Source: Podospora anserina
Lineage: Eukaryota
Direction of reading: 5' to 3'
Assembly (NCBI GenBank): GCA_017654855.1
Contig: CM030332.1
Coordinates: 2,604,001-2,668,000, forward strand
DNA: 64,000 bases
Shown here: piece after piece, positions 1 to 13,160 of the stretch
Position numbering within the stretch: position 1 is the first letter of the stretch
How the letters are laid out: each line of letters begins with the position of its first letter
Made by a program: the position numbers and the translations under genes
The notes under the pieces: generated by a model
The model's input: only the letters and a program-made list of their open reading frames with translations
What the model was told of the DNA's origin: nothing
Databases searched by the model: none

Positions 1-16
1 TCGTTGGAGCAAGTTG

Positions 17-91
17 CTGTGGATGGGGAACACTAGTCAGTTGTTGTTGCTTTGTGTGAAGAAGAGAAGAGGAGGAGGCCGGTCAACTAAC
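17..91 (-). other. Probable 5'-UTR intron of a minus-strand gene whose CDS lies left of the window
   Basis: Minus strand reads AAG|GTTAGT ... CTGAC ... CACAG|, with a TATA-like CTTATAT near 190-196 upstream and no coding ORF. Confidence 0.55.
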
Positions 92-1011
92 CTTTTATTA
101 CTTGCGGAAAATTATTCTCAAAGTTCGGATTTTGTTGATGGATGGGAATTGTGTTGTGAGTGGGAGTTGCTTTGTTCGCTCCTGCTCTTCATATAAGAGC
201 AACCAAAGGGCTGCTCCCACAACTACGTCATAGGTGACGATAGAGCTTGGTTCCTAATTGGGAAGGGGCGGCCCGCAATTTGATTCACATGGTGGATCTG
301 TGCCCCGCAATGGCCGGCGGCACTGGATGAATAAGCTCAGCCCCGCCAGATTCACGGCTCTCTTGGCACCACCTGGCTACACGAATGGCGTCATCTTGCA
401 AGCTGTCAAGGAGCGAGGAAAGGTACGATTCATTCCAACTGATGGTCCGCCGCCTTGGAAGCTTCACGAGGGGTCCCCGATTACTGCTCCAAGAGCTTCC
501 AGAAATCCAACCGCGCATGTCAAAACCCAGATCTGCTCCCCTCCCGTGCCTCCACAAATGGATCCCCGCCCATTCACGCAGCCTCCCGAGTTTGCCTAAC
601 CCATCTACGTCACTGCCCCTGATCTCAAGGCACCATCTTGCTCTGGATCACTGGAACATTCCGACGGAGCACCAAGATGGCGTGGTTGACAGCTGGCTCA
701 ACAAACATCTCACGTGTGCAACAGTTCGCCCTTGGCAAAGCTCTTGTAACGCCTCACTTTTAGTCAGATAACACGTTTGCTGCCATTTGCCGTGTCCGCC
801 AGTGACTAAATCATAACTACAAACCCCACCAAGTAAACACAACAACCACCATATTATGTATGCCTCAACAGACGCCGTAGTAGTGATGAATCAACCGATA
901 AAGAGGGGGTATCAAATGCTTTTCAAAACCTGATGGACCAAAAAACCAAAAAAAAACCTCATGCTTGCTTCTTCTCTGGTATCATATTTCCTTCTTTTCC
1001 GCCCATGCCCC

Positions 1012-4000
1012 TCAACGAAACAAAAAGCTTCGGATGCCCACCACCGCCTCGCGATGGAGAACCCCAACTTTAGCCCAACGACTCGCAAGCTTTTGTGACC
1101 GAGACGAAGTCTTCCCTACCGAGTCTGGAGGCGAAGTAAGCCTGTTCTCCTTCTTCAGATCTTCCCGGGACAACGACGCCTCGCTAAAATGCGACTTTTG
1201 CAAGCTCGGCCGCCGCGAGCTGTTCGTAGACGGCTGCAGTACACCCACCATCGGTGTACAAGGCCGTGACTGGTTCCTTTCTCCCCCGTAAAAGACTGAT
1301 GTGCGTGTCGTTGTTTCGGCCGTGATATCGCCGACCCGTTCCTTTGCCGTCGTCGTTGCGAAAACCTCCGTCGCGGTCGACTCCCACTGTTGTTCTGGCC
1401 CCGTTGCCAGCAAAAAGGAGCTGCTTCTCTCTGCTTCATCAGGAATGACCGAGAGAAAAGACATACATTCATCTTCTGACCTCCCACGTACTGATGTCGT
1501 TGTTGCCATCATCGCCGCCGTTTGGACAACACCACCCTCCTTGTTATTTCGCGTTGTCACCTCCTCCTCGGTGGTAACATTCTTTTGCAAGCTTGCAAGG
1601 CTTGCGGAACGTTTCGTAAAACTACTCGCGATACTCACGACGCTTAACTTCCGCATGACTGACGAGGCCGACGACCTAACAAGGTGCTCGCTCCTGGATC
1701 GGGCAGTTATCCCGGGAAAGGGCAGTATGTCCCGGGTCCACACATCCGACATGAGAGCCTCGAGCCGGGCCCTTTCACCACGGGAAGGCGCCAACACCGG
1801 GATACGGTGGTTTGTGGCCAACAGGGACTGCGATCGGTTGATTTGAGCGCTGTAGCTCGCTGTCGGCACATCCTTGATGACGCTCGTGTTTTTGAGAATG
1901 ACTTGACACAAAGGAGATCTTGGCCCCACCGTCGTTGCTCGGTGTATCGATATTCTTCTGGCAATGGTTCCTGTTTTGTCATGAGTAACTGCCCACGATA
2001 GCATCACGGCCCGCGTGTACATACCTGGTTTTCTAAAAACAGTCCCCAGTGTTTTGATATCCAGTGAAAGCGAGCTGAAGATGGCCGGTTGCATTAGGTC
2101 CTGGTCCGGGACGCTCAAGGTCCGGCTGCTGAGCCGAGTGCGCCATTCCAGTTCCTCCTTCGGCGTGCAGGCGGTGAGGATGAGTTCGTACAGCTGGTTG
2201 TCGCACAAAAAGACAATCTTCCAAGAATACGGCGCCGTGTGACACTGGAGTCCTGTACACTGCCGTTAGCTTTCCCCATCCACAGTCAGGAGAAATTCCG
2301 CCCATTGGTGTGCCTACCTCGACCGTTATCTACCTCCTCCACCTTAATGTTTGACAATGCGATGCACGCCTGAATCGTGTATACCTGGTCGATCTTACTA
2401 GCCGTCGCAAGGCAAAACCACTCCTTGTACAGGAGCGCCACCATGTACTGCCCGTTCACCCCTTCTTTGGACTGCCAGCAGACATGAAGGGCACCACAAA
2501 GCTGAATGTGGCCGAAAGACCGAATACGGTTCTTGGTAGTTGCATCTAGTTGCTGTACAGATATTGTAAGCATGCATCAGCCAACAGAGCGGGGAGATGC
2601 CTACCTGGTTAGGAAATGCAAGCCTGTCCTGGAGAATCCAAGTTTTCTCCAGCACCGTACGCACACGAGGGTCGTCTGTGGCCCGGTTGATCTCGGCCGT
2701 GGCCTCACGTAGCCTGATAAGCGTGTTCTCGATCTCCATGTGCGAATAGGGACAGTCCACCACCGGCGTATGCTTGAGCAGCTCGGAGAAGAGCAAAGGG
2801 TACTTGCATACCCGTTGAATCGGCTGCCAACATTAGCTTCAATGCCCTGAAACGTCACACGCAGCACCTGGCAGCCTTACTTTGACAAGAAGGTCACCGA
2901 TGGTCAGACTCTTCTTGGAATGATCACCTTGGCCGTCGATCGAGCCCACGGATGCAGCGAGAACTTCCAATCCCTTTTGATACGACTGCCACCCTGGCAT
3001 TGTCCGATGGGCAGATGCGACATCTTTAATCATGAGTTCGTACTTTGCCCCGTACTCTTCATAGATAAAGAATCGATTCATCTGCAAGTTTTTCTCAGGT
3101 TAGCACGCACGCTTCCTCGGAAAACAAGACCTGGGGCTTGCCGCTTGCCTTGTTCTTGAAGATCTTTGCAACTTCTGCCACCGTTTGGGGCTCTGCGAGC
3201 AACCCGGGCACATCTCGCAGCCATGCTACCCCGTCTTTGTCCTCCGGGACAGCATCAAGGCTCCTCCAACGCTGGTGTCCCCGGGCAGCTTGGTTAGCTT
3301 GGGGGGCTTGAAGCGGCACATCGAGCTGAGAATATTCAGAGTGAGGGACCGCTCGATGGAGCTCTCCTAGCATTTCCTCGTGCAGCTCCACAATGTCGGT
3401 CAAGTTCTGGTTGATGGAGGAACGTATGGCGACGGGTAGTGTCGGTAAAGAAGCTAGTATCGTGACATATACCTGCACAGATATTAGATATGCAAAGGTC
3501 CACCAAGATACACAAATATACCAACATTCATCAGGAACCTCACGTCCCCAATATAGCTCTCTTCGGTGCTGATCAACTCCTCCAATATTCGACGTCGTTG
3601 TAGCGACCTCTCGATGACGGCGGGATCCAGCACCACCTGTCGTTCCTGACAGAAACTGTCTTCAGAAAGCCGTGCTCCCGAGACGGAAGCTCTGCTGCTG
3701 CGGTCCGTCCTCGAGTGGCCACGAGATGATCGTATCGTGTTTTTCCGTGAGCGCGTTAAGACACTGACGCTTGTCAGGGAGATACTGGCGCTTTTGACCG
3801 CCGACACAAAGTTGAATGACGAATCTGACGAGTGCCGATAGTGCCCCGAATCCCAAGTCATCGAACTTCTCCCTTCCATATCGAGACAGCATGGTGTATT
3901 ATTGCCATCGCCCCCAAACAGTTCCTGACGACGCAACGCTCGTTTATGCAACGTCTTTATCCATTTCTGAAACGGCTTGATCGGTTCGGACGCCGGCGGC

Positions 4001-4269
4001 TGGTGTTGACAAACTCCAGCTTCAGTAGTCCCCTGGTGGATGAATACTTTCTTCTCTAAGTCCTGTTCTTGCACCACAGTGCCCATGGCACCAATGGCAT
4101 CCATGAAATCGATCTTATCCAAAGCGCACCAATCCTTCGTTCTCTCGGCGCGCGTCTCTCCCTCGGCGTAGTCGGCCAGCCTGTCCCTGTCAGACTGTGT
4201 AAGACCATGGAGCGTGCCAGACGGGAGTAGCGAAGAGAACGATATAGTATGGATATCCGTGAGTGACAT
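1012..4269 (-). CDS. RhoGEF (DH-PH domain) protein, multi-exon; start codon uncertain
   Basis: DH motifs RRRILEELISTEESYIGDVRFL and LLVK|PIQRVCKYPLLF; PH-like HIQLCGALHVCWQ and ELILTACTPKEELEW; introns include 3473-3525, 3082-3148 (GC donor) and 1971-2024. Confidence 0.88.
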
Positions 4270-5648
4270 TATGCAAGGTTGAGGTCCAAGAAACAAAGAT
4301 TCAAAACTGTCTTCCAACAAGCCGGTTGGAGGGGAGGAGTCCAACACAGCGAACCAGCAGGAGGTGGCGTCTATCGAGTCAAATCAAAACATGCTGCAAC
4401 AGAGAGAGAGAGAAGAAGAAAGAAGAGCCCCAGCAGCGTAAAATGATGTGTTACTGGTGTTGGAGAGACGACCGAGATGTTTTGGCCGAGCAGGACGAAG
4501 AAGCAAGAAGGTGCAGAGATTGATCGGCCACCGACATTGGAGGCGCCGGGCACGTACTGAGGTTCATGTATTTTGGCCAGGTGGAAGGAACATGTGGTGG
4601 TCTAATCTCCCCAAACGGAAACTTTGGCTTCCCACACCCGGATTGGGGGGTCGGGTGTTTTGATGCTTGAGTTTGAGGTGTTTAACCCACCCAAAATCCA
4701 TAGGTTGATACCGAGAGGGCAGCCACGACCGTCTTCGTCAAGCCAGGGCAAGCCAGGGCAAGCCGATGCGCCTCAGCAGCCTCTGGCTGGTGACGAGCAC
4801 TTGCTCGATGCATCAAGCAACGACAGGAAAAAACATCAGAGACAGCAGCGGCGGCGAGCTGGCAGCGAGAATCATGCAGCGCGGGTCTGATTGGAGCGCC
4901 ATCCGGACTGCCACGACGGCCACCTCCCAGCCACGTCTCCTGTCCGATTGGACCCGGAAGCGTTTGGGCAGCATCAATGACGACGCGACAAGATACTGAA
5001 GGCGTTGACCGATCACGCCGATATCTGCCAGAACAGGCCCTGTTCCACAAGGCTTTCTTCAGCCTAGGAATATCTTGAACCAAAAGAATTACATCGGGTC
5101 TCCGCGGCGACCTTTCCGACTTCGGAATATTCAACACGAAGAGGCGGTGATTGTAGAAGTGATTGACTGAGACATCTGCTCGCGGTTGGGGGCAATGGTG
5201 GAAAGGAAAGAGAAGACGATCTGGAATGCACAATTCGGCATCTCAATCTCGGGACGGCGTGTGGATCAACTGCCCGCATATACCACGAAACCGCATCGAA
5301 GGTGTGAATGTTGGTGTGAGTGGATGTTGGATCGATGAGACGGGACTCACGGGAGGCGATTGCTGCCGGGGGTACCCTGCTGTACCGCCGGAACGGGACG
5401 CGCTTCCAGGGTGGTGGTGGGGAGGAGGGTGGCGCGGGGGTTCACTTGCCCAGAAGGCGCCCTGGTTGCGGTCAATGATTGCTACCCCGCCAAACTTGAA
5501 CATTCCAGAGCTGCAGAGCTGTGAGATCCGCCGAACGCGTCATTGGTGGGAGGCTGATTTGTGTGATGGAAGCTTCCCTATTCTTATTCCCATTCCAGCA
5601 AACCACCGCCACTTGCATTTCAGCTATCACCAGGTATCGCCGAACATC

Positions 5649-6544
5649 ATGAGCAACCTTCATGCGCCGACGGTTCCATCAGGGCCTACCACTGTCCCCG
5701 TCACCAACGGCCATGCTACACATCTGTCCATTCAAGAGCTCCAGCGCAAGAAGGACAACATCGAGGCCGAACTCAGAGCACTCGGTGGCGTGCTGGACTC
5801 GGTGCGTCGTCGCACAACCTGTATGGGCAATGCGCTTCGCTAACCAGAAGTATGCAGCATGGTGTCGACATGAACACGAGTCTCCTCACCCACGATGGTT
5901 TTCCCCGAGCCGATATTGATGTGGCGCAAAGTACGAATGCCGAGGGAAGGGACTTGGAGCATGACAGGCCAGAGCTGACACCCAGCCTACAGTTCGAACC
6001 ACAAGAGCACGCATCATCCATCTTCGAAATGACTGGAAAGACCTGATGGCTTTGATTGAGAAGCGCCTTCATGAGCACTTTGCCAGTCTAGAGGACAATG
6101 ACGACGATACAACAGTGAACGATCCTACCAGTGTCAACGTTGCCCTTCCACAAGACTCGGTACCCGAAACACCTGATCCAGCCTTTGCCAAGGTTAACAC
6201 AGTGGTGGAGAATAGCCCCGCTGCAACAGCAGGACTCAAGCCTGGGGACTTGATTCGAAACTTTGGCTATGTCAATAGAGAGAACCACGATGGCCTACGG
6301 AAAGTGGCTGAGTGCGTCCAAGGCAACGAAGGGGTAAGTGTCATTCTATCTTATCAAACTCAAGCTGTGGCGTTGCTGGCTACAGAGGCGGAAAGCTAAC
6401 CCTCCGAAGCAAAATATTCTTGTTAAAGTTTCTCGAACAAATGGAGAAGGAGGAGGTCGCGCACAGGAATTGAGACTGACACTGACACCGCGGCGTGACT
6501 GGGGTGGTCGGGGTTTGCTGGGCTGCCATATCTTGCCATTGTGA
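5649..6544 (+). CDS. NAS2: 26S proteasome regulatory particle assembly chaperone Nas2/p27 (PSMD9), PDZ domain
   Basis: Exons 5649-5801, 5858-5930, 5993-6333, 6410-6544; motifs DGFPRADIDV, FAKVNTVVENSPAATAGLKPGD, WGGRGLLGCHILPL. Confidence 0.93.
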
Positions 6545-7543
6545 GTGTTGTAGTGAAGGGGAATTCAAGATTTCGACTGCTTTGGGCTCGCTCTGAGCTT
6601 GGGCTTCGAGCCACACCTAGTCTCGGCCTAAGAGGGATAGTGAGATCAGTGAGATCCCCTCCCTCAGGCTCGGGCTGCATATCTTGGGATCAGGCACCGC
6701 CTCGCATTTCCAGGGCATGGCAGCCTGGCAGCGGGCTACATGGGAGAGGACCGGGAGCACCAGCAGAATGGTCACAGGCCTGATAGCGACCACCTACAGT
6801 GTATGATACGCTCCCAGGTAGGCACCGACCCGACTAATAATCTGCTAAATAACACATATTAATCAGCACAAGTAGAAAAGGGTGTTGTTGTTGTATTGTA
6901 GGAAAAGTGACCTTTTGTAAGACATGCCTCAGCACCCCTGCTGCAGTACCTAATCCGGCAGCAAAGAGTGGGGTTTGCTCTCCATGAGGCTCACAAAGGG
7001 ACGTTTGTAGTTGACACCGGAGGAGCTTAGCCGACAGCTTTGGAGTGTGTGAATCAATCACCATGAGGCTGCCCAATCTTGTTACCAAGCAACCATCAGT
7101 CCCTCCTGCCCGCCTTTGCCTGGCGGCAAGAAAAAGTGGGATGGAACGTCAGAGTTTCCATTTGAGTGAATACAGGTTCCTCCCAATTCGCCGCACTGAC
7201 CAGTCTCTCACGTGACTCTCTACCACCCCGCCGCCCAACGAGTTTTTCGTCAAGGCTGCTGTGGTTCCAGCAGCTGCCTTTTGAAAACAACAACCACCTC
7301 CCCCCGGTGCCACTTCTTGCAACCCGACCACTGTCAACTTTTCCCGCTTCCCCCACAGACCAATAGGTGCGTATCCCATCGCAAACACCCTCGCGGCCAT
7401 CTCTGCCAGTCGCCAGCCCCATCCATTCCTTCTTCGACCCTTGCCTACAAATACCCCTCCATCAGCTTGCTTGCAAAAACTAACGTGGGCCTGCCCAGAC
7501 TCGTTGATTTTCTTCGTTCTATCATCACCATACATCACACATC

Positions 7544-8542
7544 ATGGCTGAAGCGCAGACCATTCCGACCTTCAAGCTGGTCCTTGTTGGTGATGGTGGT
7601 ACCGGAAAGGTTAGTTCGATTCATCATGGTCCTCGTCGTCGACCGACATAATACACATTCCCTTCACGATCGCATCAACACCGACTGCGGGGTTGCTAGT
7701 GTGGATGGATATCCCAATCGGTTGGGCAGCATGCTAACATGGCGATGCCCACAACAGACCACCTTCGTCAAGCGCCATTTGACCGGTGAATTCGAGAAGA
7801 AGTACATGGCCACCCTCGGCGTTGAGGTTCACCCTCTTGCCTTCACCACCGTAAGTTACCTCCCGCACGTGGGCAAGCTCGTTCTTGCGCCACCAGAGTT
7901 TGACGCGGCCCAACGCTAATATGCCTGCAGAACTACGGTCAGATCCAGTTCGACGTCTGGGATACCGCCGGTCAGGAGAAGTTCGGTGGTCTCCGTGATG
8001 GTTACTACATCAACGGCCAATGCGGCATCATCATGTTTGACGTCACTTCCCGCATCACCTACAAGAACGTTCCCAACTGGCACCGTATGTTCCCCCTTTC
8101 TGTAGCGCCCAAAATGTAGGTCATTTGATATGATGCTAACTGTCGCCATCAGGTGATCTTACCCGTGTCTGCGAGAACATCCCCATCGTTCTCTGCGGCA
8201 ACAAGGTCGATGTCAAGGAGCGCAAGGTGAAGGCCAAGACCATCACTTTCCACCGGAAAAAGAACCTCCAGTACTATGATATTTCCGCCAAGTCCAACTA
8301 CAACTTCGAGAAGCCCTTCCTCTGGCTCGCCCGCAAGCTTGTTGGCAACCCCGGCCTTGTATGTTTTCTTTCATGTCACATTTAGGTGCAGCACTTACTA
8401 ATACCCCATCCAGGAGTTTGTCGCCGCCCCCGCGCTTGCCCCCGCTGAGGTCCAGGTCGATCAGGCTCTCCTTGCCCAGTACGAGGCCGAGCTTAACCAG
8501 GCCGCCGACGAGCCCCTTCCCGACGATGATGATGACCTTTGA
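7544..8542 (+). CDS. GSP1: GTP-binding nuclear protein Ran
   Basis: Exons 7544-7609, 7758-7850, 7931-8084, 8153-8358, 8414-8542; [35 protein letters not shown], acidic C-terminus PDDDDDL. Confidence 0.98.
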
Positions 8543-9694
8543 GCGGCTCGAATCATTGGTGGCTTAGTCAAGCTCGAGGGGGGTGGTTCAGGATGATAAC
8601 GCCGGTAATGAAGATATCTACCATACACAGAGGGCAGGCGGGCAGGCATTGGGATGGGAAGAGCGAAATACGATTCACGTATGGTAGCGTTGAGAGACGT
8701 TGGTTCAGTATCTGAGGAAGAAGAGCGGCGGTCAAATATTTCTTTTTGACGATTGGTTTCAATCAGGACCAACTCAACCGAAGTACGGAGGTAGATCTGG
8801 TTTTTTTTTTCTGCATTGCAGTTTGCTAGGTAGACCAATTTGAGACATCGTCTCGCAGGCAATCATTCTTTACCCCTCTCTCAAGCAGTGTCTTTTTTTT
8901 TCTGTGAACAATCCGTGAATACTACCCAACAATGCCCACCCCGCCGCTAGTATCAACAAAAGAAGGCAAGGGACCAAAGTTTGGGCGGTGAAGGCGAAGG
9001 CGGTGAGGGTCCAGCTGTCGAATGAGCGTTTCGGCGCATCATGACATCAAACCTCAGGTTTCGATGTCCTGCATGCAGCCAAGAGATGTGATGTGCTTTG
9101 TCAGCAGCGTTGACGAGATAAGCATGCCAAGATTTCCGTCTGGACTTGTGGAAATTACTTTGACTGATGGTGTGTTGCCTAGCAACGGGATTGGTATTTA
9201 CGGATGAGGTTATTTTGAGGATTGCCATCGCCGAGTCAAGAGGGCTGAAATGATTGGTATGCGATTTGTCCCTTTAATAAGAACTGGTGTATGAAGTGTT
9301 GAAGGTGATTTTTTCTAGGGTTGAATAGGAGATGGAGAGGGCTGGTGGTATGGCATGCATGCTGTGTGTATTGATATTCGAGTGAGTGAAATAGCTACCT
9401 GTGATATGGTGAAACTTGACATTGTAAACGCCTGTGTTGCCGCCAGGTCCCTCTGGAAGTGAATGCAACAAAGTGATATCATCCTCCACCACGCCGGTCC
9501 ATGAGAGGTGATAGACGAGAAGCCACGGAAAGACAAAAACAGATAGCAATTATGGTATATATATTAAGCCAAAAAAGCAAAACGTCATGAAATGGGGGAT
9601 TTCCACCACATAAAAGTCCGCCCTAAACTAACAAGTAAAAGAAATCTCCATGTATATATGTAGCAAGACCGCCCAGACATGAAACAACTTCCGT

Positions 9695-12600
9695 TTAAAT
9701 CCCCGGCCTCGAAAAATCAAGCCCCTCAGGCCAGTTACCCAACTGCCCTGGATCACCACCAATGCGAATGTACTTTCCAATCGCCGGAACACCGCCATCC
9801 AAAACAAACATCTGGTACCACCCCGGAGGAGCAATATTGACGTTGGGGGGGGCATCAACCGTGCACGCCGTCCCCGCGCAGCTCACCCTCGGCATGAGCG
9901 TCCTCGCGCCCATGGAGTTGCCATGCGTGGAAGAGACCGACGCCAACAAAGTAACAGTGATGGGGCCGTTCCTTGCCGCGACGCCGAGGGTAAAGGGGAT
10001 GTTGGTCTGGTTGTATGTCCAGTCCTTGTTTGTAATCGCAAAAGTTGGCCTGGGGAGGCCGTTGAGGAGGTAAGGGGGCACAAAGACCTCGACGCGGTAT
10101 TCATCGGGGTAGACGCCGTCCTCGGGGTTGGAGCCCGAGATGAGGACGCGGCCGTCGAGGAGGGTGATGGCTTCGGAGTGGTACATTCTCGGGATGGTGG
10201 TGTTGGCCATGACGGTCATGCGGCTGTGAACGGGCTTGGTGGGGTCGTAGAGCACGGCGTTCAGGTTGGGGGTGTTGGCGAGGCCGAAACCGGCCACGCC
10301 GTGCTGCGCGCCGTTGACGATGAGGTATGTTCCGTCGGGGAGGGGAGACATGCAGGACATGACGCGCTTGGAGGGCATGCGCTCGATGGTCCAGACGGGG
10401 TTGGGGGCGTCGGGGTAGGTGGACACGCAGTTGTCCAGCGCGTTGGAGGTGCCCTCTGTTGAACCACCGCAGACGAGGTAGCCGAGGTAGTCGGTGTATG
10501 GCCAGCGCTGGGGGAGGAGGACAGCGGCACCCTCGAGAGGGTAGGTGCGGCCGCCCTTGGGGTCGTTGACAGCGCCGGGGGCGTTGGGGAGGACCTTGAT
10601 TGTGGCGAAGGTGACGGGGTCGAGGATGCGGGCCTCGTTCCAGTACTGGACGAAGATGCCGCCGCTGGGGAGGACCGAGAGGAAGGGGTAGAGGTTGTTG
10701 GGGTGGGTGCGGGTGAGCCATTCCATTTCCAATGGGGCAGCACCGGTGGCGGGGAGGAGCTCGATGGTGGGCTCGGCGGCGTCGTTGGCGCCGATGGAGC
10801 CACCAATGACGAGGATGGAGCCGTTGGTCATGATCATGGCGGTGGGATACCAGCGGCCTCTTTGCAGGCTGAGCTCCCAGACGTTCTCCTCCCAGTCGTT
10901 GGTGCCGGGGACGCCGGGGGATCCATCAGGCCAGTAGATGCGGGTGCCCTGGAGAGACTCACCGGACCAACCGCCGACATTGAGTTGACGACCAGCCTTG
11001 TCGGGGAGGGTCACGCCAGCAGCGCAGAAGACATCGGTCTTGATGTGAAGCTCACGGAAAGTGAGGGTTTGCATATCGAGCTCGTAGACACCAGTCTCGT
11101 TGCCAGGGCCGGTACCACCCTTGGAGATGAAGGAGACCTTGCCGGTGATGGTCTCCTGAGTGATGAGCGGGCAGTTGACACCGTTGACCAAGTGCTGGTA
11201 CTGGCCGGCACGGTAATCCTGAGGGAAGCCCCAGCTGTAGAGGGGGGTGCCAGTCCAAAAGTAGGTAGTCAGACGACCGAGACCACCGCAAATGGCCGAA
11301 GCGTTGCCAGCACAGGTGATGGCGCACTCAGTCTCTGGGCGGAAGGTAGCGCCAGCGGCAGCAATGTTGGGAGGATCACCGCAGTAGCATTCCTCGCCGT
11401 ACTCAAGACCAGCAGCGGCATAGCCGAACTCTCTGCACCTGTTCAGACACATGTTAGGCGTCATGACGCCAGGGAAGAAAAGCTGCCAGGAGAGGGTGCG
11501 CTTGTTGTTGACGTTGTCCTCAACGCAGCCTTGGTACTCCCACGAGCCGTTGAGACCGCGGACCTGGGGAGCAGGAGGCTGGTAGATCTCAGGTTCGCCC
11601 TCGGAGACGATGTTCATGCGGTCACCGGCACCGCACTTCTGGGTCGGGTTGCCGGGGCAGTTCATGCTGCACTGAGACTCGGAAGTGGTCACGCCGCCAT
11701 TGAAGATGGCATTGCCGCAAAAGCACTGCTGAGTGTACTGGACACCGCTGATCTTGTAGCCGCCAGCCACGCAGCGGCTCGCGCACTCGCTCTGGCTGTT
11801 GGTGGGGCTGTCGACGAGCTGAACGGGGAGAATGCGGCCCTGAGCACCATCGATCCAGCATCCCTGATAGTTCCAGCCTTCGGGAAGACCAGTGACGACA
11901 AGAGGAGGCGAGGTCGTGGTTGGCGCAGCGGAGGTGGTTGTGCCGGAGGGAATGGAAGTGCCGTTCCTGGCATAAACCGACAGACGGTTGCCGGCGCCGC
12001 AATAGTTGAAGGGGTTGCCGGCGCAGAGCATGCTGCATTCACCGGCAGGGGCCACAACGGAGCCGACAGTGAAGCTGTTGCCGCAGTAGCACTCCCTGCC
12101 ATACTCGGTTCCGAAGTAGGTGTAGGCAGAGCAGAAGGCCTGGCAGGACTCGAGGGTCATATCGTCCGAAGCATAGGTGGCACCGCTCAGGGCACGAGGG
12201 CCGGGAGACTCGGTGTAGCATCCATACCAGACGTAGTCATCTCCGACCGCGGCGGGCTGTGATGGCCCAGAAGGAGTAGGGCTGGGAGGGGGAGGGGGTC
12301 CTGTAGAGACGGTGCCTGTCGCCGTAGTCGCAGTAGTGGCTGCGGCAGGAGGGCTGGAAGTTGACGACGGGGTGTACTGGTTCTGGTAGTTGTACACATT
12401 GAGGCGGCTGGGGCCACCGCAGAACTCGGTAGTGTTACCGTTGCACGTCATACTGCAGCCGCTGGCAGCAGGGGCACCGCCGTTGGAGATAGTATTACCG
12501 CAGAAGCACTCTCCACCATACTCAACGCCAGCAAGAATGTAGTTGGCCGCAGCACAGGCAGCTGTGCACTTGGCAACAGTCATCTCACCAGCAGGAATGC

Positions 12601-13160
12601 TGCCGATCCCGTGGGTGAGTGTGCGGCCAGTCGTCCCTTCAGAGTAGCACCCCATATGTGTGAAGCCATTTACGCCTGGGTTGGGCTTGGGACCCAAGTC
12701 TTCGGTGGTGGAATAGAGCGAGAGTCTGCTTCCCGCACCGCAAGGCTGCGTTGCGTCTCCAGAGCAGGCCATGTTGCAGACCGAGTCCGCAACCTGGGCA
12801 GCCGCAGGAGCAATGCTGTTACCGCAGAAGCTATACCACTGGTCAGCATCAACTAGGTAAGGTAGGTAGCTCCACCGCCTTCAGGTCCCCAGAGAATGCT
12901 CACCATTCTACGCTGTACTCAGTTCCAGCAAACTTGAAGCCGCGGGTCTGGCAATAGCTGATGCATGTCTCGGCGGTCATATGGGTGCCGTTGACATAGC
13001 CGCCGCCGGTGAGGGTCCGCCCCGGAATATCTGTGTAACAGCCCTCATACTGCCATTGTCCTGGAAGAGTGGCAGGGACTGAAAGTTGAGCGAGTGAAAG
13101 GGTGACGAAAGAAGCAGCGAGGAGAGAAGAGAGAAGGGTCTTGGATGGTGAGGACTTCAT
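9695..13160 (-). CDS. Secreted copper radical oxidase (glyoxal oxidase-like, AA5_1) with five N-terminal WSC domains
   Basis: Signal peptide MKSSPSKTLLSSLLAASFVTLSLA; one intron 12831-12903; five GC(Y/W/V)...CFCG/CYCG WSC repeats; catalytic motifs DVFCAAG, RWYPT, NNLYPF, PRMYHSEA, STHGNSMG. Confidence 0.95.

Noticed and set aside
5425..5440. GGTGGC core upstream of NAS2 as an Rpn4/PACE site
   Set aside because: Lacks the full GGTGGCAAA consensus; too short to support
8950..9550. Short ORFs between the Ran and oxidase 3' ends
   Set aside because: No coherent spliced model or motif found
10703..12262. 519-aa plus-strand ORF
   Set aside because: Antisense shadow of the codon-biased copper radical oxidase gene; no motifs
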